The position numbers and the translations under genes are program-made. This document shows positions 1 to 7,817 of a stretch of 24,946 nt of DNA, one piece after another. Under the pieces are notes generated by a model, which worked only from the letters and a program-made list of their open reading frames with translations, was not told where the DNA came from and ran no database searches. Source of the stretch: an uncultured virus (IMG/VR IMGVR_UViG_3300014810_000001) (lineage: Duplodnaviria > Heunggongvirae > Uroviricota > Caudoviricetes); the IMG/VR virus record IMGVR_UViG_3300014810_000001, positions 62,001-86,946 of that record. The stretch is one strand, 5' to 3'. Position 1 is the stretch's first letter, and every line of letters starts with the position of its first letter.

Positions 1-2
1 CG

Positions 3-845
3 GGCGGCCACAAGGTCATTCCACGCTCGTTCCGATCTATCCGTGCTCACGTAACGGACAATCTGCCATTGCTTAAAGCAAACCCTGAGTATCTGTCTAA
101 CTTGCAAGGTTATCCTACAATTCGTAGGCGAATCATGCTTGACGGTTCTTGGGTGGCTAAAGAAGAAGAATCGGGGTACTTTAAAAGAGAATGGTGTGAT
201 GTTTTACTTTATCCGCCAGACAATCCAAGAAAGAAAGTTCGTGTTTGGGATCAAAGCTCAAGCTTACCGAGCACCGCCCAACCTGACCCTGATTGGACAA
301 GAGGTAGTCTAGTCAGCAAAGACGCAAATAGTTTTTATACTGTTGAAGATATTAAGAGCTTGAGGGATAGGCCTCATAAGGTTGAAGAGTTAATAATTAA
401 TACAGCCAAAGAAGATGGTGTAGGCGTAACAATTGTTCTTGCCGTTGATCCGGGAGCCGCAGGTGTGGCTTACGCTAACTCCATGAAGGCCCGATTAGCT
501 GAAATGGGGTTTTACGTAAAACTAGTAAAAACTCAAAAATCTAAACTGACACGATTTTTACCTTTCTCTTCTCTAGCAGAAGCTGGAAGAGTGCGATTCG
601 TAAAAGCAGACTGGTTAGAAGAATGCTTTAAAGAATTAGAGGTTTTTACAGGAACGCGCAACGGATTTCACGATGACATTTGTGATACTTTATCTGACGC
701 TGTTTTAGTTCTTAATCAGACTAAGGACATTCCAATCATGACATTGCCAAACCTTACCATGAGTGGGCAACCTTCTTCGTCTTTTTCGACTTCATATAGT
801 CAAGGTAAGACTTCTTTTAGTTTACCAACATTCAATATTAAATAA
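3..845 (+). CDS. terL: Terminase large subunit, C-terminal part (5'-truncated by window edge)
   Basis: The frame is open from base 3 (GGHKVIPRSFRSIRAHVTDNLPLLKANPEYL...), so the TTG at 69 is internal. RNase H-like terminase nuclease motifs RVWDQS, DPDWT, DPGAAG, SKLTRF and HDDICD; directly upstream of the portal. Confidence 0.92.
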   Translation, partial: GGHKVIPRSFRSIRAHVTDNLPLLKANPEYLSNLQGYPTIRRRIMLDGSWVAKEEESGYFKREWCDVLLYPPDNPRKKVRVWDQSSSLPSTAQPDPDWTRGSLVSKDANSFYTVEDIKSLRDRPHKVEELIINTAKEDGVGVTIVLAVDPGAAGVAYANSMKARLAEMGFYVKLVKTQKSKLTRFLPFSSLAEAGRVRFVKADWLEECFKELEVFTGTRNGFHDDICDTLSDAVLVLNQTKDIPIMTLPNLTMSGQPSSSFSTSYSQGKTSFSLPTFNIK

Positions 846-854
846 GGGAGCTTT

Positions 855-2321
855 ATGGCTGCAAGAAAGAAAACAGTTACGAAGGCAGTCAGTCCTTTGG
901 ATCAACCTGAGCGATTCAGGCTTGGTGAAGTTGGTGCCCTCGCTTTGAGGGTATTTAATGGTGTTACTCAAGACGAACTTCGCAGAGAGTTGAACTGGCC
1001 TAATAGTATCACTACCTACAAGCAAATGTCGGATCATAGTGCAATCAATGCCCCATTGACGCTTTTTTCCAACATCATTGCAAAAGCCACTTGGATTTAT
1101 AAGCCTCCTGAGAATGCAACTGAAGAAGAGAAGAACCAAGTTAAAATCATCAATCAGATGATGGGAGACATGGAGCACTCTTGGGGAGACTTTATCCAAG
1201 ATGTTTTGAGTTCTAATGTCTTTGGCTTCTGTGTAAACGAAAAGGTCTACCGTAAACGTTATAAAGCTAATGGTAGTATGTACGATGATGGCATTATTGG
1301 GTGGAAAAAACTCCCTATCCGAGTTCAAGAAAGTATTTCTAAGTTTATTTTCAGCGAAGATGGAAACGATGTAATTGGAGTGCAGCAAAATCTTTCTGCT
1401 ATCAATGATATTTATAATCGTTTTAGTCGTAAGAGTAACCTAATCAATATCCCTAGGAGTAAGTTCTTGCTTTTCCGCACTGGGAAACACCGTGGCGATC
1501 CGTTTGGTAAGTCTCCTCTTCGTGACGCATATCTTGCTTGGCGATTCCTCACTCAACTTGAAGAGCTTGAAGCACTCGGAGTTGCAAAAGACTTGAATGG
1601 TATCCCAGTTCTTAGATTGCCCCCTCAAGTTCTTTCCGCCGATGGAAGTCCTGAGAATCAAGACCAACGACTTTACTTCGAGAATGCGATTCGTAATCTT
1701 CAAGTAGGTGAACAGATGGGTATTATCCTGCCTGCGCTGTATGACGAACAAGGCAAGTCTCTCTACGATATTGAACTTTTGTCTACAGACGGTAAGAAGA
1801 ATTTTGATCTTAATAAGATTAAAGAGTACTATCGTGGTTTGATTTTTATTTCTCTTTTTGCAGACATACTTTTACAAGGGGTTACAAATACAGGTTCTTT
1901 TGCTCTTGGTTCTATCAAAAATAGTTTGTCAGGTGCCTATGCGGAACGTCTAATTTCAAATATTGCCGAAGTTATCCAGAACGATTTGATTCGACAAACG
2001 TATGAAATTAATTCGTGGCCTACGGATAGAATGGGTAAACTTGATTTTGATAATCTGGATAATACAGACGTAGAGAGCTTGAGTAAGTATTTGCAGCGTG
2101 TAGCATCTGTCGGGTTGCTGGAAAAAGACCGTGCCGTTCTTAATGCCGTGCGGCAAGGAATTGGCATTGACCCATTACCTGAAGATTTAGAACCACAGCT
2201 TGATTTGATTACCCCTGAAACAAGTCGCGCGAGCGACGGTTTAGCGACGCCATTTGAGGGCACGCGAACATCCGATGGCGGACAGAATGACAACGATGGG
2301 AATCTAGACAATGCGGCCTGA
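855..2321 (+). CDS. Portal protein (DUF935-like)
   Basis: 488 aa, SD AAGGGAG upstream, follows terL; motifs FGFCVNEKVY, GDPFGKSPLR, GSFALG; acidic C-terminal tail. Confidence 0.88.
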   Translation: MAARKKTVTKAVSPLDQPERFRLGEVGALALRVFNGVTQDELRRELNWPNSITTYKQMSDHSAINAPLTLFSNIIAKATWIYKPPENATEEEKNQVKIINQMMGDMEHSWGDFIQDVLSSNVFGFCVNEKVYRKRYKANGSMYDDGIIGWKKLPIRVQESISKFIFSEDGNDVIGVQQNLSAINDIYNRFSRKSNLINIPRSKFLLFRTGKHRGDPFGKSPLRDAYLAWRFLTQLEELEALGVAKDLNGIPVLRLPPQVLSADGSPENQDQRLYFENAIRNLQVGEQMGIILPALYDEQGKSLYDIELLSTDGKKNFDLNKIKEYYRGLIFISLFADILLQGVTNTGSFALGSIKNSLSGAYAERLISNIAEVIQNDLIRQTYEINSWPTDRMGKLDFDNLDNTDVESLSKYLQRVASVGLLEKDRAVLNAVRQGIGIDPLPEDLEPQLDLITPETSRASDGLATPFEGTRTSDGGQNDNDGNLDNAA

Positions 2322-3006
2322 AGTTCAAATAAAAAAGGGTTTCACAATCACTCCACAAAACTACTATGTTTATTTGCATGTAAAAGAAGATGACGGCACA
2401 GTGTTTTATGTAGGAAAAGGTACGAAACTTCGGTGGTGCGTTTCAAACAGTCGCACAATCCATTGGAAGAATACCGCAAGTAAACATGGAGTGATTTGTC
2501 ACATTGTAGCTCACAATCTTACAGCCGAGGAAGCTTTGATTTTAGAAAAGAAATTGATTGCTTCCTATGGTAGACAAGATCAGAAAACGGGTTGTTTGGT
2601 CAACCTTACTGATGGAGGTGATGGGGTTGTTAACTACGTTTGGACTGAGGCACACCGGAATAAAATCTCTGAAGCTGGACGAGGCAGAAAACACACTGAA
2701 GAGTTTAAGAAAATGGTTTCTAAAGTTCATAAGGGTAAGGTCTTGTCGGAAGATACTCGTTCTAAAATCTCTGCGAGCCGTGTGGGCAAGAAGTGGACAC
2801 CTGCTCAAAGAGAAGCAGGGGAAGATAGACCAAATCCCTTCGGGAGGAAAGTAATCTGTATCAGTACAGGTGATATTTTTCCAAGTGTAGCTAAGGCTGC
2901 AAAGCACTTCAACATTGATCCTTCTGCTATCAATAAAGTTTGTTTGGGTAAAATTAAACAAACTAAAACTCTTGTTTTTAAGTATGTTACGGAAGAGCAA
3001 TCATGA
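2311..3006 (+). CDS. Free-standing GIY-YIG-type homing endonuclease (HEG1) with NUMOD3 repeats and a C-terminal NUMOD1/IENR1-like HTH
   Basis: YYVYLH..VFYVGKG..R..EALILEKKLI..LVNLTDGGDG nuclease motifs; HTEEFKKMVS and LSEDTRSKIS NUMOD3-like units; KVICISTGDIFPSVAKAAKHF. Start overlaps the portal end by 11 nt. Confidence 0.88.
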   Translation: MRPEVQIKKGFTITPQNYYVYLHVKEDDGTVFYVGKGTKLRWCVSNSRTIHWKNTASKHGVICHIVAHNLTAEEALILEKKLIASYGRQDQKTGCLVNLTDGGDGVVNYVWTEAHRNKISEAGRGRKHTEEFKKMVSKVHKGKVLSEDTRSKISASRVGKKWTPAQREAGEDRPNPFGRKVICISTGDIFPSVAKAAKHFNIDPSAINKVCLGKIKQTKTLVFKYVTEEQS

Positions 3007-3022
3007 GCACCGCCAAGCTAGT

Positions 3023-3045
3023 CCCCGTAGCCTCTGGCTACGGGG
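3023..3045. other. Perfect 10-bp GC-rich hairpin
   Basis: CCCCGTAGCC-TCT-GGCTACGGGG; no clear U-tract on either strand. Confidence 0.7.
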
Positions 3046-3082
3046 TTCGCCAACGTCTATGCAGCTTAAACTAAGGATAACA

Positions 3083-3406
3083 ATGCCAACCCCAATCATA
3101 GAACTAGAAGCAATCCGAGGGACTGATTTCTCTCAAATCGTAACCCTAGCTGACGACTCTAACGCCCCTGTATCTACTAACAACGCACAAGGGTTGTTCA
3201 TCCTCAGAACGCATGAAAGAGGTACCATTGTTGTCCAAAAGACGAACTTGAATGGTATTTCTTTCGGAACGTCAAACATGGAGATTCGTCTAACTGAGTC
3301 AGAGTTGGATGCAATCAATTATAACACCTTGCATTATGATCTATTCCTACAACTCCAAGGAGACGTAAAGAAGAAAATTGCAAGAGGCCCTTTCTTCTTG
3401 GAGTAA
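3083..3406 (+). CDS. Virion adaptor-like protein (BppU N-terminal-like), 107 aa
   Basis: SD TAAGGA before ATG 3083, so the track start at 2915 overextends. The pattern ELEAIRGTDF..YDLFLQ..KIARGPF resembles 23623..24012. Confidence 0.6.
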   Translation: MPTPIIELEAIRGTDFSQIVTLADDSNAPVSTNNAQGLFILRTHERGTIVVQKTNLNGISFGTSNMEIRLTESELDAINYNTLHYDLFLQLQGDVKKKIARGPFFLE

Positions 3407-3615
3407 TGATGATTGTTACTATTCCAGTAAAAGAAGATAAGACTGTGAAACTGCTAGTAGCCAACACATCGTTGGCTGTAGCGGCTACAGCAAATTCTCT
3501 CACGTTAGGTCAAGTCAAAGATGTTGATATTTCTCAAGCAGAAGTAGGTGACGTTTTAATGTTTAAGGGCACTAAGTGGGAAGCAGAAAGCCTTGACGGC
3601 GGAACATTTAATTAA
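3406..3615 (+). CDS. Small virion/fibre-associated protein
   Basis: TAATG coupling to the upstream gene; LGQVKDVDIS..GDVLMFKGTKW motif and C-terminal LDGGTF, a pattern common in phage fibre proteins. Confidence 0.6.
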   Translation: MMIVTIPVKEDKTVKLLVANTSLAVAATANSLTLGQVKDVDISQAEVGDVLMFKGTKWEAESLDGGTFN

Positions 3616-3626
3616 AAGAGAATAAT

Positions 3627-4082
3627 ATGGCACGTTTACAACTTCGCAGAGGTCTAAAGACCAACCTTCCTACCACCGGTATGCTTGCTGGTGAAGCGCA
3701 CTTTACCACTGACCGTGGCACTTTGCACGTAGCTACTGACCCTACAACTAAACTCCCTGTCGTACCCGCAATTGACGATCTCACTACGCTTGCTTCAGTG
3801 GATGGTGCAGCAGACTTGCTCATTATTCACGATGCCTCACAAGCATCTGGTCAGAAAGAAAAGAAGATTACCTTTGATGCTTTTAAGACTGCCCTTAATA
3901 TTCCTCCAGGTTCAAGCGATGAAAAGGTTGCTGTGGTGGCAGGGGGGACAGCAGGATATTTGTGGGGTACGGACGGAACTAATGGTGTTTTTCGTCTAAA
4001 CAGCTCCTTGTCGTGGACTAAGGATGCAGGTAATGCGTTTGTGACCCTTGCAGTTGAGACTGTAGACGGAGGCCAATTCTGA
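3627..4082 (+). CDS. Fibre-like protein with Mtd-N/hyaluronidase-N-type anchor motif
   Basis: MARLQLRRG..LP..LAGE..FTTDRGTL N-terminal anchor motif; C-terminal VDGGQF. Confidence 0.65.
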   Translation: MARLQLRRGLKTNLPTTGMLAGEAHFTTDRGTLHVATDPTTKLPVVPAIDDLTTLASVDGAADLLIIHDASQASGQKEKKITFDAFKTALNIPPGSSDEKVAVVAGGTAGYLWGTDGTNGVFRLNSSLSWTKDAGNAFVTLAVETVDGGQF

Positions 4083-4870
4083 CAAAGGATTATTATGTCT
4101 ACGTACATAGGAGAAAAGACAACAATACCGTATTCTATGTTGGTAAAGGCAGAGGGGAACGATGTAAACGTTCCAGAAACTACAAGTCTTGGAAAAATGT
4201 TGTAGATCAATCCTGTGGTTTCATTTACGAGATTATCTATAGCAGTCTAGGAGAGGAAGAAGCATTAAAGATAGAAAAAGAATTAATTCTTAATCCTCCG
4301 AAAGATTGGGAATTAATCAATAAGTACTCATCAAACACAAAAATAAATCTACAATTAGATTTACTTTCTAGTCAAGTTTATTATGACCCTTCTTCTCCTA
4401 GTGGCCTTAGACATTCTTTTACTAAAGGGCCTGTTATTAAAGATGAAATCGCAGGAACTTTGAAAACAGTAAACGGTCGTCCAGAGGCATGGTCTGTCAA
4501 AATAAAAGGTAGACTATACACTGCAGCAAGAGTTGTGTGGATTTTACAGCACGGAAGCATAGACGACGATCTAGTAGTTGACCATATAGACAGAAATGTC
4601 TCCAATAACGATATCTCAAATCTACGATTAGTGAGCGTTAAAGAGAACAACGCAAATAGGTCCATCGGTAGAAACAATAAAACAGGTGTTAATGGTGTTC
4701 AGCATTATTTTCATCAAGGTTTTGAATACTACACAGCCTACGTATCTGTTGACGGTAAATCAAAATTGGTTTATTTTTCTACTAAAAAATTAGGAAAAGA
4801 ACAAGCATTCTTAGCGGCAGTACAATGCAGGCGAGAGAGTGAACAGAAAGCATCTATATGCCTAGAGTAA
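4079..4870 (+). CDS. GIY-YIG + HNH + AP2-like endonuclease (HEG2), probable CTG start, 263 aa
   Basis: The frame of track ORF 4460..4870 is open back to 4058 and encodes KDYYVYVHRRKDNNTVFYVGKGRGERC..EEALKIEKELI..LINK. GGAGG at 4068-4072 lies 6 nt before CTG 4079. HNH motif VVDHIDRNVSNNDISNLR; AP2-like tail FSTKKLGKEQAFLAA. Confidence 0.82.
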   Translation: MTKDYYVYVHRRKDNNTVFYVGKGRGERCKRSRNYKSWKNVVDQSCGFIYEIIYSSLGEEEALKIEKELILNPPKDWELINKYSSNTKINLQLDLLSSQVYYDPSSPSGLRHSFTKGPVIKDEIAGTLKTVNGRPEAWSVKIKGRLYTAARVVWILQHGSIDDDLVVDHIDRNVSNNDISNLRLVSVKENNANRSIGRNNKTGVNGVQHYFHQGFEYYTAYVSVDGKSKLVYFSTKKLGKEQAFLAAVQCRRESEQKASICLE

Positions 4871-5070
4871 TTACTAAGAAATCCACGGTAGTAGGTAAAG
4901 TACCTCTCCCAGCGGATTTAGAAATTGGTGAACTAGCAGTCAATACTGCTGATAAGAAATTATACACAAAACATAACGATAACAATGTAGTGGCGATAGG
5001 TACTTATATTACAATCTCATCTACTGCACCATCTAATCCTCAAGTCAATGATTTGTGGATTCAAATTTAA
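4858..5070 (+). CDS. Small fibre-anchor-like protein
   Basis: KKSTVVGKVP..LEIGELAVNTADKKLYTK resembles long-tail-fibre N-terminal anchors; ends ISSTAPSNPQVNDLWI. Confidence 0.65.
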   Translation: MPRVITKKSTVVGKVPLPADLEIGELAVNTADKKLYTKHNDNNVVAIGTYITISSTAPSNPQVNDLWIQI

Positions 5071-5081
5071 GAAGGGTTTAT

Positions 5082-5240
5082 ATGCAAGTCGGCGATATTG
5101 TAAAAGTACTTTCACCTTTTAATGAAACCTATTCGGATACCTATAGCATTACAGATATTGTAATTACTGAAGATAATCAAACTGTCTATATTCTTGGGGA
5201 GCTTGGTGCATTTTCTGAAATTTATTTGGAGATTGTATGA
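5082..5240 (+). CDS. Hypothetical protein, 52 aa
   Basis: SD-like GAAGGG before ATG 5082; MQVGDIVKV start; ATGA overlap with the next gene. Confidence 0.55.
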   Translation: MQVGDIVKVLSPFNETYSDTYSITDIVITEDNQTVYILGELGAFSEIYLEIV

Positions 5241-6076
5241 CGATTACATCAAGAGATGGATTGATTAAAGCCCTTGGAAATAACTCAAGTCGTTTTATTC
5301 TTGACAAGGCTAACATTGCCTCTCAAGCTGCCGGGACATATGTCAGTCTATGGAGAGCAACAGGTCAACCAGGGCAAGGTGCGATCCCTGCTGCAACCGC
5401 CGTTTGTAACAATACGACACTTGGAGGCATGGGTTTTACTCAGCAAACTTCTCCAGCTACTAGTTATGGTTCATACATGGAAGTTGCTACCAGTAACTCA
5501 GCAATGACTGTAGAAATCCATGACCGACTTGCTCACATGGGTGGGTTGAACGGTACGCTAACTACTGCACAAACTGCAAGTCTTGATCTGTCAACATTGG
5601 GTGCAACAAATAATATCTCTAATCGAATCGGGGATACGAACTATTCGGACGTTCAATGGTGGCTTGAATGGTACACAGCTACGGGTGCAACTGCAGTTAC
5701 AGTAACTGTAAACGTCACGTATAACGATGGTACAACTGGAGCACTTACAGGTGCTTCTCTTGCTGCAACCCGTCCTGCTAGTTTTATGCTGTCCTTGAAT
5801 GCTCTTATTCCTGCCGCTAGTTCTGGTAAGTATATTCGTGCAGTCAATAACGTTACTCTTTCAGCTACTACAGGTACTGCTGGTAGTTTTGGTGTAACAG
5901 CTACTCGTCCACGAATGACTCTTGCTGCACCAATTGCAAATATGAAGTTTGTCGCAGATTGGGCACAACTTGGTTTTCCAGAAATCTTTAACGAAGCTTG
6001 TCTATTCCCGATTGTCCTTACGAGTACAACCTCTACAGGGACAGTGCGTGGTGGTGGCAAGATTAGTCACGGTTGA
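5237..6076 (+). CDS. Thr/Ala/Gly-rich putative virion structural protein, 279 aa
   Basis: SD GGAG, ATGA coupling, beta-rich composition, position within the head module. Confidence 0.65.
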   Translation: MTITSRDGLIKALGNNSSRFILDKANIASQAAGTYVSLWRATGQPGQGAIPAATAVCNNTTLGGMGFTQQTSPATSYGSYMEVATSNSAMTVEIHDRLAHMGGLNGTLTTAQTASLDLSTLGATNNISNRIGDTNYSDVQWWLEWYTATGATAVTVTVNVTYNDGTTGALTGASLAATRPASFMLSLNALIPAASSGKYIRAVNNVTLSATTGTAGSFGVTATRPRMTLAAPIANMKFVADWAQLGFPEIFNEACLFPIVLTSTTSTGTVRGGGKISHG

Positions 6077-6306
6077 TCATGGATTTCGCTAATGCAGATA
6101 TACCTAAAAGCATAGGTACTACATCGTTAGCTTGGGATTTAGTCCAGTTTATGGACGAGGACTTTTTCCCTCCTATTACTCCGCAAGGATCAACTTTAAA
6201 GATTTGGAATGGTAGTGCATACGTAGAAGTTACCCTGAAAAGGTATAACGGAACGAGTTGGCAAGATTGTTCTGTTAAGTTATTTAAAGGCTCTGTGTGG
6301 GAGTGA
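6073..6306 (+). CDS. Small virion protein with three K-x-(W/Y/F)-(N/K)-G-x-x-(W/Y) repeats (start 6073 TTG or 6079 ATG)
   Basis: KIWNGSAY / KRYNGTSW / KLFKGSVW at the C-terminus. Confidence 0.6.
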   Translation: MIMDFANADIPKSIGTTSLAWDLVQFMDEDFFPPITPQGSTLKIWNGSAYVEVTLKRYNGTSWQDCSVKLFKGSVWE

Positions 6307-6328
6307 TTGACGAAAACAGATAATTCAC

Positions 6329-6357
6329 TTGTAATTATTACAAAAGTATGATATAAT
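6329..6357 (+). promoter_or_regulatory. Sigma70-type promoter with extended -10
   Basis: TTGTAA (6329-6334), 17 nt, TATAAT (6352-6357) preceded by TGn; upstream of the protease gene. Confidence 0.7.
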
Positions 6358-6396
6358 TGATTTATCTGTTGTCTAGAATTAAAAGAAAGAAAATGG

Positions 6397-6783
6397 ATGA
6401 CTAAAGAAATTAAACAGGTTTCTGTAGCCAAGTCTTTGAATGAGGAACTCCAGCAAGTTACATACGTAGCTATGAAGCCGGGTGTTGATCTTCATGGGGA
6501 TATGGTTGACTTGGAAACAATAAGACTTGCTAAAGAGTCTTTTAACAGACAGCTTCGTAAAGCTAATTTAGCCAATCTGTATCATATCTCTAAAACTAAT
6601 GATTTTGATATCATTGAAAGTTATCTAGCCCCTACGGATATGACTTTGAATGGAAACTTCGTCCAAAAAGGCGAATGGCTCGTTACTCTTTCTGTTACCA
6701 ACAATACACTTTGGAATATGATTAAAAGCGACGAAATTACTGGAGTAAGCATAGGGGCTATGTGCAACATTGAGGAAATTTAA
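6397..6783 (+). CDS. XkdF-like prohead serine protease
   Basis: VDLHGD, ANLYH, IIESYLAP, KGEWL and LWNMIKSDEITGVSIGA motifs typical of the XkdF family. Confidence 0.85.
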   Translation: MTKEIKQVSVAKSLNEELQQVTYVAMKPGVDLHGDMVDLETIRLAKESFNRQLRKANLANLYHISKTNDFDIIESYLAPTDMTLNGNFVQKGEWLVTLSVTNNTLWNMIKSDEITGVSIGAMCNIEEI

Positions 6784-6793
6784 TTGAAAGGAA

Positions 6794-7816
6794 ATGATGG
6801 AGCAGTCATACTATAAAGAACAATTTGAAAGAAAAGATTCAAATAGGTTTTATGTTTATATCCATCGTAGACTTTCAGACAATAAGCCTTTTTATGTTGG
6901 TAAAGGCTGCGGAATTAGGGCATGGAACCAATCCTCTAGAAGTAATTACTGGAAAAGGGTTGTTGGTAAACACGGTCTTAAAGTTGAAATTGTTTTCGAT
7001 AACTTGGAAGAACAAGATTCGTTTCAGATAGAAAAAGACACTATTCTTGAATTTCAGTATTTTGGGTATTCTCTTGTAAATCACACATTAGGTGGTGAGG
7101 GAGTATCTGGTTATAAGTTTACCGAAGAGCAGCGTTCCAATATGAGTCTTGCTAAAGGTGGAACAGGTCTGTCTAGGTCTCTTAGTAGAGCCACGTCTAA
7201 AAGACGAACTAAAGATTCTTGTATTTATAAGTTTACAAGTCTTTCTGGTGAGAGTTGTATTTGTACTAGAAAATCTCTACAAAAAGAGTTTGGACTGAAC
7301 TCCCGTGACACCCAAACAATTGTCAATGGAAGTCTAAGTAAAGGTTGGTTTTTATTAAAAGATGACGAGACTGTTTTACAAGGAATTACTAGAATTAAGA
7401 ATAAAGATTCTGGTGTAAATAGTAAAACAGCTACGACTGATATTTATACTTTTGTACACAAAGACACTTGTGAATTATTTGTCGGAACTAGGATGGAACT
7501 TGTTACGCAAAAGGGTGTGAACAGAATATCTCTTAGCCAGGTGTTTAATAAGAATAACTCAGCACAGTCTGCACAAGGTTGGGGAGTTTTGAGTAACTCC
7601 GAAACTATTGAACAATGTACTGATCGTTTAAAAACATCCAGAAGTAAATCTAAGTCTGACAGCACCGTTTATGGATTTATTCATAAGAGTGGTCTGAGTT
7701 TTGAAGGAACTCGGTATGAACTGGCTGAAAAATTTAACATAGATCAGAACCAACTTTGTTCTTTATTCGGAAATAAAAAGAGAAAGACTGTTGCAGGATG
7801 GTCATTAAAAGGGTGA
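6794..7816 (+). CDS. GIY-YIG-type homing endonuclease (HEG3) with three C-terminal repeats
   Basis: FYVYIHRRLSDNKPFYVGKG..RAW..IEKDTI..LVNHTLGGEG; SD AAAGGA (ATG 6797 has better spacing); three Y-x-F...TR..L...GW units. Confidence 0.88.
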   Translation: MMEQSYYKEQFERKDSNRFYVYIHRRLSDNKPFYVGKGCGIRAWNQSSRSNYWKRVVGKHGLKVEIVFDNLEEQDSFQIEKDTILEFQYFGYSLVNHTLGGEGVSGYKFTEEQRSNMSLAKGGTGLSRSLSRATSKRRTKDSCIYKFTSLSGESCICTRKSLQKEFGLNSRDTQTIVNGSLSKGWFLLKDDETVLQGITRIKNKDSGVNSKTATTDIYTFVHKDTCELFVGTRMELVTQKGVNRISLSQVFNKNNSAQSAQGWGVLSNSETIEQCTDRLKTSRSKSKSDSTVYGFIHKSGLSFEGTRYELAEKFNIDQNQLCSLFGNKKRKTVAGWSLKG

Positions 7817-7817
7817 T

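Noticed and set aside
2915..3082. N-terminal extension of the 3083 gene given in the ORF track
   Set aside because: Overlaps HEG1 and the hairpin; a good SD precedes ATG 3083.
6784..7817. Group I intron carrying HEG3 within a protease gene
   Set aside because: Only 10 nt and 1 nt flank the ORF, no P7-like core is visible, and both neighbours have their own stop and start signals.
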